Below, piece by piece: positions 36,363-44,176 of a DNA stretch of 44,176 nt. The translations under genes were made by a program, and so were the position numbers. Every line of letters starts with the position of its first letter. Within the stretch, counting starts at the first letter, position 1. This DNA is from a virus (lineage: Duplodnaviria > Caudoviricetes). The notes beneath the pieces are model-generated. The model saw only the letters and a program-made list of their open reading frames with translations, was not told where the DNA came from and did not search any database. The stretch is from the IMG/VR virus record IMGVR_UViG_3300046025_000011, positions 1 to 44,176 of that record. The stretch is one strand, 5' to 3'.

Positions 36363-37543
36363 CTGACGACGACATCATCACGACCCGCGACCAGTACGGC
36401 CTGGACCACGACCTAAGCGACGTTCGATTCTACTGGGGCGTCGCATCAGGCGGGACCCACGCGGCGCTGTCCCGCGCGGTCGACGACGACAGCCTGCCGG
36501 ACCCGGACCACCTGATGGTTTCCTGGATGACGGCGATGAACGGCGTCTGGGAAGGCCCGGCGTGGTTCATCGACAGCGGCGGGGCTCCGGACACGATAAA
36601 GGCAAACGGCGGTCATCCGAAGCCCATCAGCGACCACCTGGACTACCTGGAAACCCCGCCGACGAAGTACGGGTCCGATCCGGAAGACGTCCAAATAGAC
36701 CGCTTCGCCCTTCGGGACTGGCCGTGTGAACCCGCGGTCCGCGACGAACTGGGGCTGACGGTCGAAGAACTACAGCAGAAGACCCTGGACGACCATATCC
36801 GGATGCTGGAAGCCGCCGACGGGCGCGACATCGACGCCCGGCCCGTCGCGGTCCTGCAGGGCTGGACGCCCGACGACTACCTGGACTGTCTGGACCTGTT
36901 CCGCGACCACGGCCTGGTTACGGACGCCATCGGCCTGGGTTCCGTGTGTAGGCGCGGCGGCCTGGATGACATCCAGGACATCGCCCACCGCGTCCGCCGG
37001 AACCTCCCTCCGCGCGTCGATCTACACGGCTTCGGCCTGAAGCAGTCGATGCTGGAACAGCCGGATGCCCTGGACGTCTTCGACAGCGTGGACAGCGCGG
37101 CCTGGGAAAACACACTACGGCAGGCGACCCGCGACGGCATCGACAAGGCCCCGCCCCAGCCGGACCTGACCTACCAGGACTGGGACGACTGGGACGACCG
37201 CGGAAACCCGCGCTACACGTTCGGGAACGTTCAGACCTGCTTCGACGGCTACGCGGCGAAGGTGAACGGCATCCGCGCGTCGAACGGGAAGGACGCGCGG
37301 ATCGTGGACCTGGCCGACTGGCCCGCGGTCATCGACCGCCTGGACGGCGACGGAACGGACGGCTACCCACTGCTGAAGTGTGTCTGTGGGACCATCGTCG
37401 ATCCAGGCCGTCCGGACCCTGGCCCGGACGTCGGCTGTCGTCACTGCCAGATGGCCGCGGTGAACATTTGGGACCGACACGTCGCCCACCGGGACCAGAC
37501 GCTTCACGGCGACTACCCGGACACGGACCTGCCGACGCCGTGA
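36359..37543 (+). CDS. TGT-fold, DpdA-like 7-deazaguanine DNA transglycosylase
   Basis: FIDSGG, DWPCEP, VLQGW, GLGSVCRR, LHGFGLK and DSVDSAAW motifs in TGT/DpdA order; C-terminal CVC...CRHC. Confidence 0.8.
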   Translation: MTDDDIITTRDQYGLDHDLSDVRFYWGVASGGTHAALSRAVDDDSLPDPDHLMVSWMTAMNGVWEGPAWFIDSGGAPDTIKANGGHPKPISDHLDYLETPPTKYGSDPEDVQIDRFALRDWPCEPAVRDELGLTVEELQQKTLDDHIRMLEAADGRDIDARPVAVLQGWTPDDYLDCLDLFRDHGLVTDAIGLGSVCRRGGLDDIQDIAHRVRRNLPPRVDLHGFGLKQSMLEQPDALDVFDSVDSAAWENTLRQATRDGIDKAPPQPDLTYQDWDDWDDRGNPRYTFGNVQTCFDGYAAKVNGIRASNGKDARIVDLADWPAVIDRLDGDGTDGYPLLKCVCGTIVDPGRPDPGPDVGCRHCQMAAVNIWDRHVAHRDQTLHGDYPDTDLPTP

Positions 37544-37550
37544 CCCGACC

Positions 37551-37626
37551 ACCGTCTAACCGCCCGTGGTCAGCTCCGGTTGACCCTGGCGGGGCGGTCG
37601 CCCACGGCCCTGGGCGTCGAACAGGG
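37551..37626 (+). ncRNA. Structured leader element, copy 3
   Basis: ggtcagc/gttgacc hairpin; pseudoknot cgcc/ggcg with ccctg/caggg; 14 nt before ATG 37641. Confidence 0.75.
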
Positions 37627-37640
37627 GACCAACTACCGAC

Positions 37641-37919
37641 ATGACCGTGACAGACGTCTACAGCCCATCAGAAACGGCGCTGGTAGATGCGATGGTCGGG
37701 GACACGCTGGAACTGTCCCAGTACGTCCAGGAAGTCAGTATCCTGGAACGCCGCCTGACCATCTACGGACTGGTCGTCATCGTCCAGTCCACGCATCCCG
37801 CCGCGTCAGCGAAGTATCGACTACGCGCGACCCACGGGGACGACCGCCTACTGCTGGAAAAGCAGGACGGCGACGACTGGACGTCCCACTGTCGCGTCGA
37901 AGCGACGAAGACCAACTGA
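37641..37919 (+). CDS. Hypothetical protein
   Basis: ORF directly after the leader element. Confidence 0.7.
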   Translation: MTVTDVYSPSETALVDAMVGDTLELSQYVQEVSILERRLTIYGLVVIVQSTHPAASAKYRLRATHGDDRLLLEKQDGDDWTSHCRVEATKTN

Positions 37920-37932
37920 CCTTTTCGAAATC

Positions 37933-38517
37933 ATGTCAGAACTACCGATGAGCCAGATCGACAGCGACGCATCGAACGACGAAGACGACCGCGACCCAGC
38001 CCAGCGACGCCGCGACCGCGGCATCACGAAGGAAATGGACGACCTGGACTGTCACGACTGCCAGACGCCCATCAGCCCGAACACCGGCATCCACGCCGAC
38101 GGCTGGTCCTACCGCGGCGGGACGTGTCCGAACTGCCGGTTCGGGGACGCCGCCAGGGTGGACGTCGATCCGGACGCCATCAGCGACAGGCGGAAACAGC
38201 GGCTGGCCCAGAAGCGCCGGTCGCCCCAGGCCCAGTCCTGCTTCCAGGCGGCGCTGTTCCTGGATCAGCAGGTCCCGGCTGGCCGCTACGTCATCCGACG
38301 CGTGACCGCCCACACGGTCCAGGTCCAGCTTCCGGACGACATCGACCAGGACGCCCGTCACGCGCTGGCTGACCGCTACAAGAACGCGACGAAGACGTCC
38401 GGGGAACGCGTCTGGTACGTGCAAAGCTTCCCGGACCGCATCAACCTGGTAGACTTCCAGTTCGGAACCCAGAACGAAGGGGAAAAGCCCCTGGTCACGG
38501 CCAACAGTGGTCCCTGA
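37933..38517 (+). CDS. Zn-finger protein
   Basis: CHDC...CPNC motifs. Confidence 0.7.
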   Translation: MSELPMSQIDSDASNDEDDRDPAQRRRDRGITKEMDDLDCHDCQTPISPNTGIHADGWSYRGGTCPNCRFGDAARVDVDPDAISDRRKQRLAQKRRSPQAQSCFQAALFLDQQVPAGRYVIRRVTAHTVQVQLPDDIDQDARHALADRYKNATKTSGERVWYVQSFPDRINLVDFQFGTQNEGEKPLVTANSGP

Positions 38518-38519
38518 CG

Positions 38520-38858
38520 ATGGAAGACATCATCACGAAAGCGGTCGCCCGCGCGGTCGCGGAACAGGAACAGAAGATGAAGGACGCGCTGGCGAACACC
38601 GACTGGGACCAGACCGCGGTCGTCCACTTCGTCCAGTACCAGCCCGACCTGGCGCGGGCGGTCGCCGGCCCGGACGACGACGTCGAAAAGGCCGACGTGG
38701 TCGGGGAAGTCAAAGTCCACCGCTACGGCGACCACGCGCCCCCGCTGGACGTCTACGCCGACGGACGGCGGAAGTATAACGTCCGGACGGTCACGAAGCC
38801 GCTTCTGGACCGCATCCAGGACGACCACGACGTGGACCTGCCGGAACAGTCCAGGTAG
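38520..38858 (+). CDS. Hypothetical protein
   Basis: Acidic ORF. Confidence 0.7.
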   Translation: MEDIITKAVARAVAEQEQKMKDALANTDWDQTAVVHFVQYQPDLARAVAGPDDDVEKADVVGEVKVHRYGDHAPPLDVYADGRRKYNVRTVTKPLLDRIQDDHDVDLPEQSR

Positions 38859-38873
38859 GTCCCGCGTCGATCT

Positions 38874-38952
38874 ACCGTCAAACCGCCGCGTGGTCAGCTC
38901 CGGCTGGCCCTGGCGGGGCGGTCGCCCTGGTCCTGGGCGGCGGACAGGACCA
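38874..38952 (+). ncRNA. Structured leader element, copy 4
   Basis: Same hairpin; pseudoknot cgcc/ggcg with a perfect 8-bp tggtcctg/caggacca; 14 nt before ATG 38967. Confidence 0.8.
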
Positions 38953-38966
38953 TCGACGATCGAAAC

Positions 38967-39500
38967 ATGGCGAACGAACTAATCGAACGGCTGGAAGGTC
39001 AGGGAACTGGCTACACAGTCATGGCGAAGCGAATCGACCCGGATGAACACCCAGCGATGGAACACGTCGGCTACAGCAGTCCGACGACCATCTTCACGGT
39101 CTGGACCGACGGCGGCGTCGCGGTTACGTCCCACGACGCCTACCAGGTCGTCCGCGACCTGGACGGCGACGACGACTGGCTTCTGGACGACCTGCAGGCG
39201 ATGGACGACGCCCTACGCGCTGCTGACGACCAGCCGGAAGTCGAAGAAGACGCTGGGAACCTGTTCATGGACCTGGCCCGCTACTACCACACGCAAACGC
39301 GGAAGGCCCAGGACAGCGCCCAGACCGCTGAAACGGACAGCGGCGGCGCGGTCCACGACGCCCGCGCTGGAGCCTACAGTCACGCCGCGACGGCGGCCCG
39401 CGAAACCGCCAGGTTCGCCCGCGGGGAACGCGACGACACGCCGACCGCGGTCGTGGTCGGGGAAGCGACGATGGCCGACGACGCGGGGACCGATGACTGA
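38967..39500 (+). CDS. Hypothetical protein
   Basis: ORF directly after the leader element. Confidence 0.75.
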   Translation: MANELIERLEGQGTGYTVMAKRIDPDEHPAMEHVGYSSPTTIFTVWTDGGVAVTSHDAYQVVRDLDGDDDWLLDDLQAMDDALRAADDQPEVEEDAGNLFMDLARYYHTQTRKAQDSAQTAETDSGGAVHDARAGAYSHAATAARETARFARGERDDTPTAVVVGEATMADDAGTDD

Positions 39501-39732
39501 CCAGGATCGACCGGGGACGGTCATCGAACACGGCGCGGACATTCAATTCACCGACGACCAGGACGTCCATCCCGCGAACTACGTTCGCATCCTGCCGAAC
39601 GGCTACGTGGAAGCCATCACGGCGACGTCCTACCAGGTGGACTACTACCCGCCCCACAAGGTCGCCGGCGTCCACACGCACACGACCGACGAACAGGAAG
39701 ACGACATCCTGGGCATCGACAAAGATGACTGA
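39493..39732 (+). CDS. Hypothetical protein
   Basis: MTDQDRPGTVIEHG...; 3' part of track ORF 39043..39732. Confidence 0.7.
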   Translation: MTDQDRPGTVIEHGADIQFTDDQDVHPANYVRILPNGYVEAITATSYQVDYYPPHKVAGVHTHTTDEQEDDILGIDKDD

Positions 39733-39895
39733 AACCAAAGCGTGTCGGGGCTACGGCGACCGACATGACTGTTCGAACGAAGTTCCCGAACACCTGCTGG
39801 ACGGCGGGCTTTGCCCGAAGTGCCGGGAACTGCAGCGAATCGACGCGGAAGAACGCCATCAGCAGACCAGGGACCCGACCCTGGAACCCTACTGA
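39725..39895 (+). CDS. 56-aa Zn-finger micro-protein (not in ORF track)
   Basis: MTETKACRGYGDRHDC...LCPKC... Confidence 0.65.
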   Translation: MTETKACRGYGDRHDCSNEVPEHLLDGGLCPKCRELQRIDAEERHQQTRDPTLEPY

Positions 39896-39897
39896 CC

Positions 39898-40371
39898 ATG
39901 TCGAAAAAGAAGACCTACAAGCAGTGGCTGGTCCTGGACTGGAAGACCGGGGACAGTCGCACACGAAAGAATAAGCCGTCGTCTTCGGAGCTGAAGGCGA
40001 ACGAAATACTGGCCGAACTGAAGGTGGACGTCGAAGTCCCGGAAGTGGACGTCCCGACGCTGGCCGTTCAGATCGACGTCCCCGAACCCCAGGTCTACCA
40101 GGCGACGCTGGAAGCCATCGACGACGAAGACCTGCCGGACTGGACCGACGCCGCGAACGAAATCCTGGCCGACCACCGGGGCGTCATCACCGACGCCTAC
40201 GACGAAGCTGAACTGGACGGCGTCGTGGACCAGATGGCGACCCAGACGCTGATGAACGCGCCCGGCAGGCCGCCGGTGGACCAGGTCCACGAATACCTGG
40301 ACGCCCAGGCGGTCCAGATGTTCCGCGACTACAAGAACGACGCTGACGACCAGGGGGAAGCCGATGTCTGA
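39898..40371 (+). CDS. Hypothetical protein
   Basis: MSKKKTYKQWLVLDWKTG...; ATG 39898 is the likely start. Confidence 0.75.
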   Translation: MSKKKTYKQWLVLDWKTGDSRTRKNKPSSSELKANEILAELKVDVEVPEVDVPTLAVQIDVPEPQVYQATLEAIDDEDLPDWTDAANEILADHRGVITDAYDEAELDGVVDQMATQTLMNAPGRPPVDQVHEYLDAQAVQMFRDYKNDADDQGEADV

Positions 40372-40813
40372 CATGGACTTCGACGGCGCGGCGGACATCG
40401 CTGACGCCATCGAACAGGCCGGCGGGCGCGTTCGTGACTTCGACGTCGGACAGGCCGCGCCCCAACCCCAGGGCATCATCGACCTGACGGCGCTGATGAA
40501 GTCCAGCGTCACGGTCTACCACTTCGCGGTCGAAGTCCCCAGCGACACGACGCGGGACATCGACATCGACCAGCAGGACCCGGTCGAACGCGAAGCCATC
40601 GTCAGCTTCCTGGCGTCGATGCTGGAAGCGGGCGACGGGATGCCGGTGGACCCGGACATGACGCCGGCCCAGAACCTTCGGGCGGTCGTGGGTCAGACCG
40701 ACTACGATCTGTCGATGTTCCGCGAAGCCTACGACCGCGTCCACGACGACCTACCGACTGGGTGGGACGCTGGTCCGCCGCCGGAACCAGACGCCGAAGC
40801 GGACGACGCGTAG
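40364..40813 (+). CDS. Hypothetical protein
   Basis: Acidic ORF overlapping the upstream gene. Confidence 0.75.
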   Translation: MSDMDFDGAADIADAIEQAGGRVRDFDVGQAAPQPQGIIDLTALMKSSVTVYHFAVEVPSDTTRDIDIDQQDPVEREAIVSFLASMLEAGDGMPVDPDMTPAQNLRAVVGQTDYDLSMFREAYDRVHDDLPTGWDAGPPPEPDAEADDA

Positions 40814-40837
40814 CCAGCCGACCTTTCGAATTCTTTC

Positions 40838-40914
40838 CCGTCTAACCGTCCACGGTCAGCCGCGACTACTGACCTGGCGGGGCGGTCGCCCGCGGGCTGG
40901 GCGTCAAACAGTCC
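40838..40914 (+). ncRNA. Structured leader element, copy 5
   Basis: ggtcag/ctgacc hairpin; pseudoknot cgcc/ggcg with gggctg/cagtcc; 13 nt before ATG 40928. Confidence 0.75.
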
Positions 40915-40927
40915 AGGTGTTAGAACG

Positions 40928-41560
40928 ATGCCAGACCACACGGCAGACTACGACGAAGGCGAACAGTACCACTTCAGGAACGACATCCGGCCCGGCGACG
41001 TCGTCCACGACCTGGCCCAGATGGGCTGGCCGCGGATGCGGGTCATCAGGCAGGAAGCCCCGTCCGTCGCGGACTACATCGACAGCCGCGGACAGGACCT
41101 TCGGGACTACGAAAAGAACGCGCTGGCCGGCGCTGACCTGGACGACCGCGTCTTCCTGACCACGTTCCTGACCGACAGCCCGATGAACGCCGCGAAGACC
41201 CACTACCCGATCCCGGAAAGCCGGATCGCGAAGCAGGACCTGACCAGCCAGGCGTCCCATATCGGGGACGACCCGGACCAGGTGTTCCATCCCGCGGACC
41301 AGGCGGTCTACGAATTCCTGGTCGCGCTGCTGACCGAACTGAAGACCGTCGTCAGCGTGGAGTACGCGAACGACGTCCGGTCCGCCGTGGACGAAGTCCT
41401 GGACCATCCGGAGCTGACCGACGCCGCCGACGACGTGTCCCACGCGCGGATGCGGGACCGCCAGGACCAGCAGGCCGACACGGACGACGACCAGGACCAG
41501 GACCAGGACGTCGACGATGACGGCTTGGGCGACTTCGAAGACTTCGACGGGGACGCCTGA
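40928..41560 (+). CDS. Hypothetical protein
   Basis: IRPGDVVHDL...YPIPESRI pattern, possibly SH3-like; acidic tail. Confidence 0.75.
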   Translation: MPDHTADYDEGEQYHFRNDIRPGDVVHDLAQMGWPRMRVIRQEAPSVADYIDSRGQDLRDYEKNALAGADLDDRVFLTTFLTDSPMNAAKTHYPIPESRIAKQDLTSQASHIGDDPDQVFHPADQAVYEFLVALLTELKTVVSVEYANDVRSAVDEVLDHPELTDAADDVSHARMRDRQDQQADTDDDQDQDQDVDDDGLGDFEDFDGDA

Positions 41561-41562
41561 CC

Positions 41563-41877
41563 ATGACGGGAACGAAGGACTTCGGGAAGATCGACGCCGA
41601 CCTTCGGGACGTCCTGGAAGACGTCGCGGACGACACGCTGGAACGGTCGTTCGGGTCGCTGAAGACGGCGTCCCACGAAGCCGCCATCTTCTGGCTACTG
41701 GCCCGCGGGGACGACGACGCCCTACAGGCCGCGCTGGACGCCCACGGCTACGACAGCGTGTCCGCGCTTATCGAAGCCGTCCAGGAACGCCAGTTCGGCG
41801 GCCAGTTCGACGCCGGGTTCAGCCCCCAGGACATCATCCAGACGCCCGACGACCTGGACGGTGGTCGTGATGACTGA
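41563..41877 (+). CDS. Hypothetical protein, possibly ribbon-helix-helix-like
   Basis: FGKIDADLRDVLEDVA...ASHEAAIFWLL; the fold guess is weak. Confidence 0.65.
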   Translation: MTGTKDFGKIDADLRDVLEDVADDTLERSFGSLKTASHEAAIFWLLARGDDDALQAALDAHGYDSVSALIEAVQERQFGGQFDAGFSPQDIIQTPDDLDGGRDD

Positions 41878-42250
41878 ACGCCTGGGAGAAACGACCATCC
41901 CGATGAAGGCAGAAGCGTTCCGGTCCGAACCCGACGGCTTCACTGGCGACGACGGCGACACGTTCACGGGCTACCTGAAAGGCCCGCGCGGCCAGTACCA
42001 CTACGCGTTCCCCGCGTCGTTCCGCTGGGTCTACGCGTGTCCGACGATGGACCTGGTCGCCATCGCCGTCCAGCCGTCCCTGAACGGTCCGCCCACGTTT
42101 CTGGCCTACTACCAGTGTGACGGCGGGGCCTACGTCCTGAAGCGGAACGCGCGGAACGACACGCGCGGGTCGGAAGCCGACGTCGATCTGGACGGCTTTC
42201 TGGACGACGACCACACGGTCCTATGGACCAGGGACCAGGGGGACGACTGA
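41870..42250 (+). CDS. Hypothetical protein
   Basis: MTERLGETTIPM...; coupled to both neighbours. Confidence 0.7.
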   Translation: MTERLGETTIPMKAEAFRSEPDGFTGDDGDTFTGYLKGPRGQYHYAFPASFRWVYACPTMDLVAIAVQPSLNGPPTFLAYYQCDGGAYVLKRNARNDTRGSEADVDLDGFLDDDHTVLWTRDQGDD

Positions 42251-42540
42251 TGTCCGCCCGGCTGACCGAAACCCACGGCGACACGATCCGGGACCTGGTC
42301 CCGGACGACCTGGCGGACATCCAGGCCGACGCCTACCGCGACGGCGAAGACGCCGACTTGTGGGCGTCCGACATCCCGGTCTGTGTGAACTGCCAGTCCG
42401 CGAACCTGGCGGCCTACGGTGGCGGGAAGCAGGTCGTCCGCGTGAACGGCGTGGACCTGGTAGCCGACCAGTGTCACGACTGCGACCAGATGACCGTCCA
42501 GGTCCTGGACGTTCACGACCAGGACAAGGGGGACGACTGA
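42250..42540 (+). CDS. Zn-ribbon protein
   Basis: CVNC...CHDC; TGATG overlaps. Confidence 0.7.
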   Translation: MSARLTETHGDTIRDLVPDDLADIQADAYRDGEDADLWASDIPVCVNCQSANLAAYGGGKQVVRVNGVDLVADQCHDCDQMTVQVLDVHDQDKGDD

Positions 42541-43268
42541 TGGTCATCAGCTTCAGCGACGACACGGCGTTCGGTTTCCTGGCCGACGAAGGCTTCGTGG
42601 TCACGGCCCGCGCGTCCCGACGCGCGAACCCGAACAGCCCGACGTGGGCGAACCGCGGACGCGGTCAGGAAAAGGTCGCGGACGTGAACGTGTTCGAACT
42701 GGGCGACCCAGTCGATCCCCTGGACCGCGGCATCGACCGGCTAGCTCCGTTCAGCGGGTTCGACAGCGGCGACGCCTGGCGGCAGGCGATGCGGGACCTG
42801 AACGACGGGTTTCCGGACCAGGTCTGGCTTTACTTCGTGTCCATCGACCAGTGGGCCGAAGAAGCCCAGGGCGAAGCGCGGCTGGTCACGGACGGCGGCC
42901 ATCCTGGCGACCACGTCGTGGTCGGGTCCTGGAACGACATCGACGACGCGCCGGGCGTCGTGTCCGGACGGGACAAGGACCTGGTCGCCAGCGTGTTCCG
43001 GGACCAGAACTGGACCTACGTCGTCTGGATACCGGACTTCATCCTGGACGACGCGGATCGCGACGTCGATCTGGTCGAAAGCAGTGACCACCTGGCCGCC
43101 GGGGGAGTCAGCGACTACAGCGACAAAGCCTGGAAGTTCAGCCAGCCCTACCGGGAAACCGCGACCGACGACGCGACCAGCTTCCTGCCGAAGTCCCAGG
43201 TCGTAGTCTTCGAACGACTGGACGACCTGGACCTGAACACGCCCCAGCAGGGGCTGACGGACTTCTGA
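42540..43268 (+). CDS. Two-domain protein, N-terminal ASCH/PUA-like domain
   Basis: ISFS....FL..EGFVVTAR...SGFDSGDAW...VWLYFV; LVTDGG linker, then a second domain. Confidence 0.55.
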   Translation: MVISFSDDTAFGFLADEGFVVTARASRRANPNSPTWANRGRGQEKVADVNVFELGDPVDPLDRGIDRLAPFSGFDSGDAWRQAMRDLNDGFPDQVWLYFVSIDQWAEEAQGEARLVTDGGHPGDHVVVGSWNDIDDAPGVVSGRDKDLVASVFRDQNWTYVVWIPDFILDDADRDVDLVESSDHLAAGGVSDYSDKAWKFSQPYRETATDDATSFLPKSQVVVFERLDDLDLNTPQQGLTDF

Positions 43269-43270
43269 CC

Positions 43271-43843
43271 ATGACCAGCGAAGACACGATCCACGACAGC
43301 GACAGCATCACGCGGACGAAGACCGCGCTGGTCCTGGACCTGGCCGACGGGCGGACGGTCGAACTGACCGCCCACGTCGCTACGCCGCGCGACGACGGCC
43401 TACGCGGGATGGAACCCAGGGACCGGAAGTCCGAAACCCAGGCTGGCTTCCAGGCCGGCCCGGCGACGCTGATACTCCGCGACCTGGACGGCGAAGACGC
43501 CGACCCTATCGGCCTACTGCCGGTCGATCTGCAGGCCGACATCGACGCCCCGGATGACTGGCGACGCCTGGACGACGACGAAGTCGGGAAGCGCATCTGT
43601 CCCGACCCGTCTATCCTGGGGCCGGTGTTCGAACACGACAGCGGCGAAGCCTGGCTACAGATCGAACGGAAGTTCCAGGACGGCAGGCCGCGGTTCCGCG
43701 TCTACATAGAAGCCGGCGACCCGTCGTCCGGCATCTGGCCGGTCGAAGAACGCGACCGCGGCCAGAACCACGACCAGGTCGCTGCTGACGCGCGGAGCCT
43801 GATGCAGAACTACGACCACGACGCCGGGGGCGACGATGACTGA
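43271..43843 (+). CDS. Hypothetical protein
   Basis: Acidic ORF. Confidence 0.75.
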   Translation: MTSEDTIHDSDSITRTKTALVLDLADGRTVELTAHVATPRDDGLRGMEPRDRKSETQAGFQAGPATLILRDLDGEDADPIGLLPVDLQADIDAPDDWRRLDDDEVGKRICPDPSILGPVFEHDSGEAWLQIERKFQDGRPRFRVYIEAGDPSSGIWPVEERDRGQNHDQVAADARSLMQNYDHDAGGDDD

Positions 43844-44165
43844 CGTCGCCCTGCTGGCCGGGACCGCGGTCGTCCTGGTCGCCATCACGGGCGTCCTGGC
43901 CTACAAGGCGGGGAAGAACGACGCCGACGCCCCGCCGGTCCTGGTCCCACTGGACTACGACCCGGACTCCCACTACGGCGACCACGTCATCGTCGCCCGC
44001 GTGAAGTACGACCAGACCGGGAACCGCGAAACGCTGGCCGTCCTGGACGATGGCCGGTCTGACCACGAAGCGAAGCAGGCCATCCAGAACCAGGTCCGCG
44101 GCGTCGAAGTCGACGAACTGATAGACACGCCGCTTAACGAATGCGGACCCGGAGCTGATGACTAG
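43836..44165 (+). CDS. Membrane-anchored hypothetical protein
   Basis: N-terminal hydrophobic helix; the stop position depends on the mismatched base in the terminal repeat. Confidence 0.7.
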   Translation: MTDVALLAGTAVVLVAITGVLAYKAGKNDADAPPVLVPLDYDPDSHYGDHVIVARVKYDQTGNRETLAVLDDGRSDHEAKQAIQNQVRGVEVDELIDTPLNECGPGADD

Positions 44166-44176
44166 GACTGACACGG
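44150..44176. repeat. Terminal direct repeat / circular overlap, right copy
   Basis: 26/27 match to positions 1-27. Confidence 0.9.

Noticed and set aside
35414-40914. Repeated element as a CRISPR array
   Set aside because: Copies are kilobases apart, separated by genes and divergent in sequence; no cas genes are present.
41486-41509. GACCAG tandem repeats (also near 23495 and 10650) as phase-variable tracts
   Set aside because: The 6-bp unit is in frame and encodes low-complexity DQ runs, so it cannot shift the frame.
42226-42542. Repeated gggggacgactgatg at gene ends
   Set aside because: Explained by a Shine-Dalgarno-like G-run plus stop/start overlap used for translational coupling at many junctions.

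Overview
This window appears to be an essentially complete genome of a tailed (siphovirus-like) virus of halophilic archaea. It is GC-rich and encodes very acidic proteins, an Hjc resolvase, haloarchaeal PadR/wHTH regulators, TATA-box promoters and many Cys-x2-Cys micro-proteins. The first and last 27 nt are the same apart from one base, so the sequence closes into a circle. Gene order: small early genes, DNA methyltransferase, TerS-like gene, nucleases, TerL, a reverse-strand PadR cassette, portal, MuF-like head protein, protease/scaffold, decoration protein, major capsid, neck, tail tube, an inserted putative replication/regulation module, tail chaperone with a -1 frameshift, tape measure, tail tip, then an accessory region. 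I recognised no integrase, DNA polymerase, primase or helicase. The most unusual signals are: (1) a five-copy RNA element with compensatory base changes (hairpin plus H-type pseudoknot) 13-22 nt upstream of start codons; (2) a coupled Mom-like GNAT plus DpdA/TGT-like DNA-modification gene pair with no deazaguanine biosynthesis genes; (3) a tRNA-like element lacking a D-stem, ending 3 nt before the methyltransferase start codon; (4) genome-wide avoidance of GAG/CTC; (5) an origin-like inverted repeat and a switch-like leader in the tail-region insert. All protein assignments come from motif recognition and gene order by eye, with no database search.
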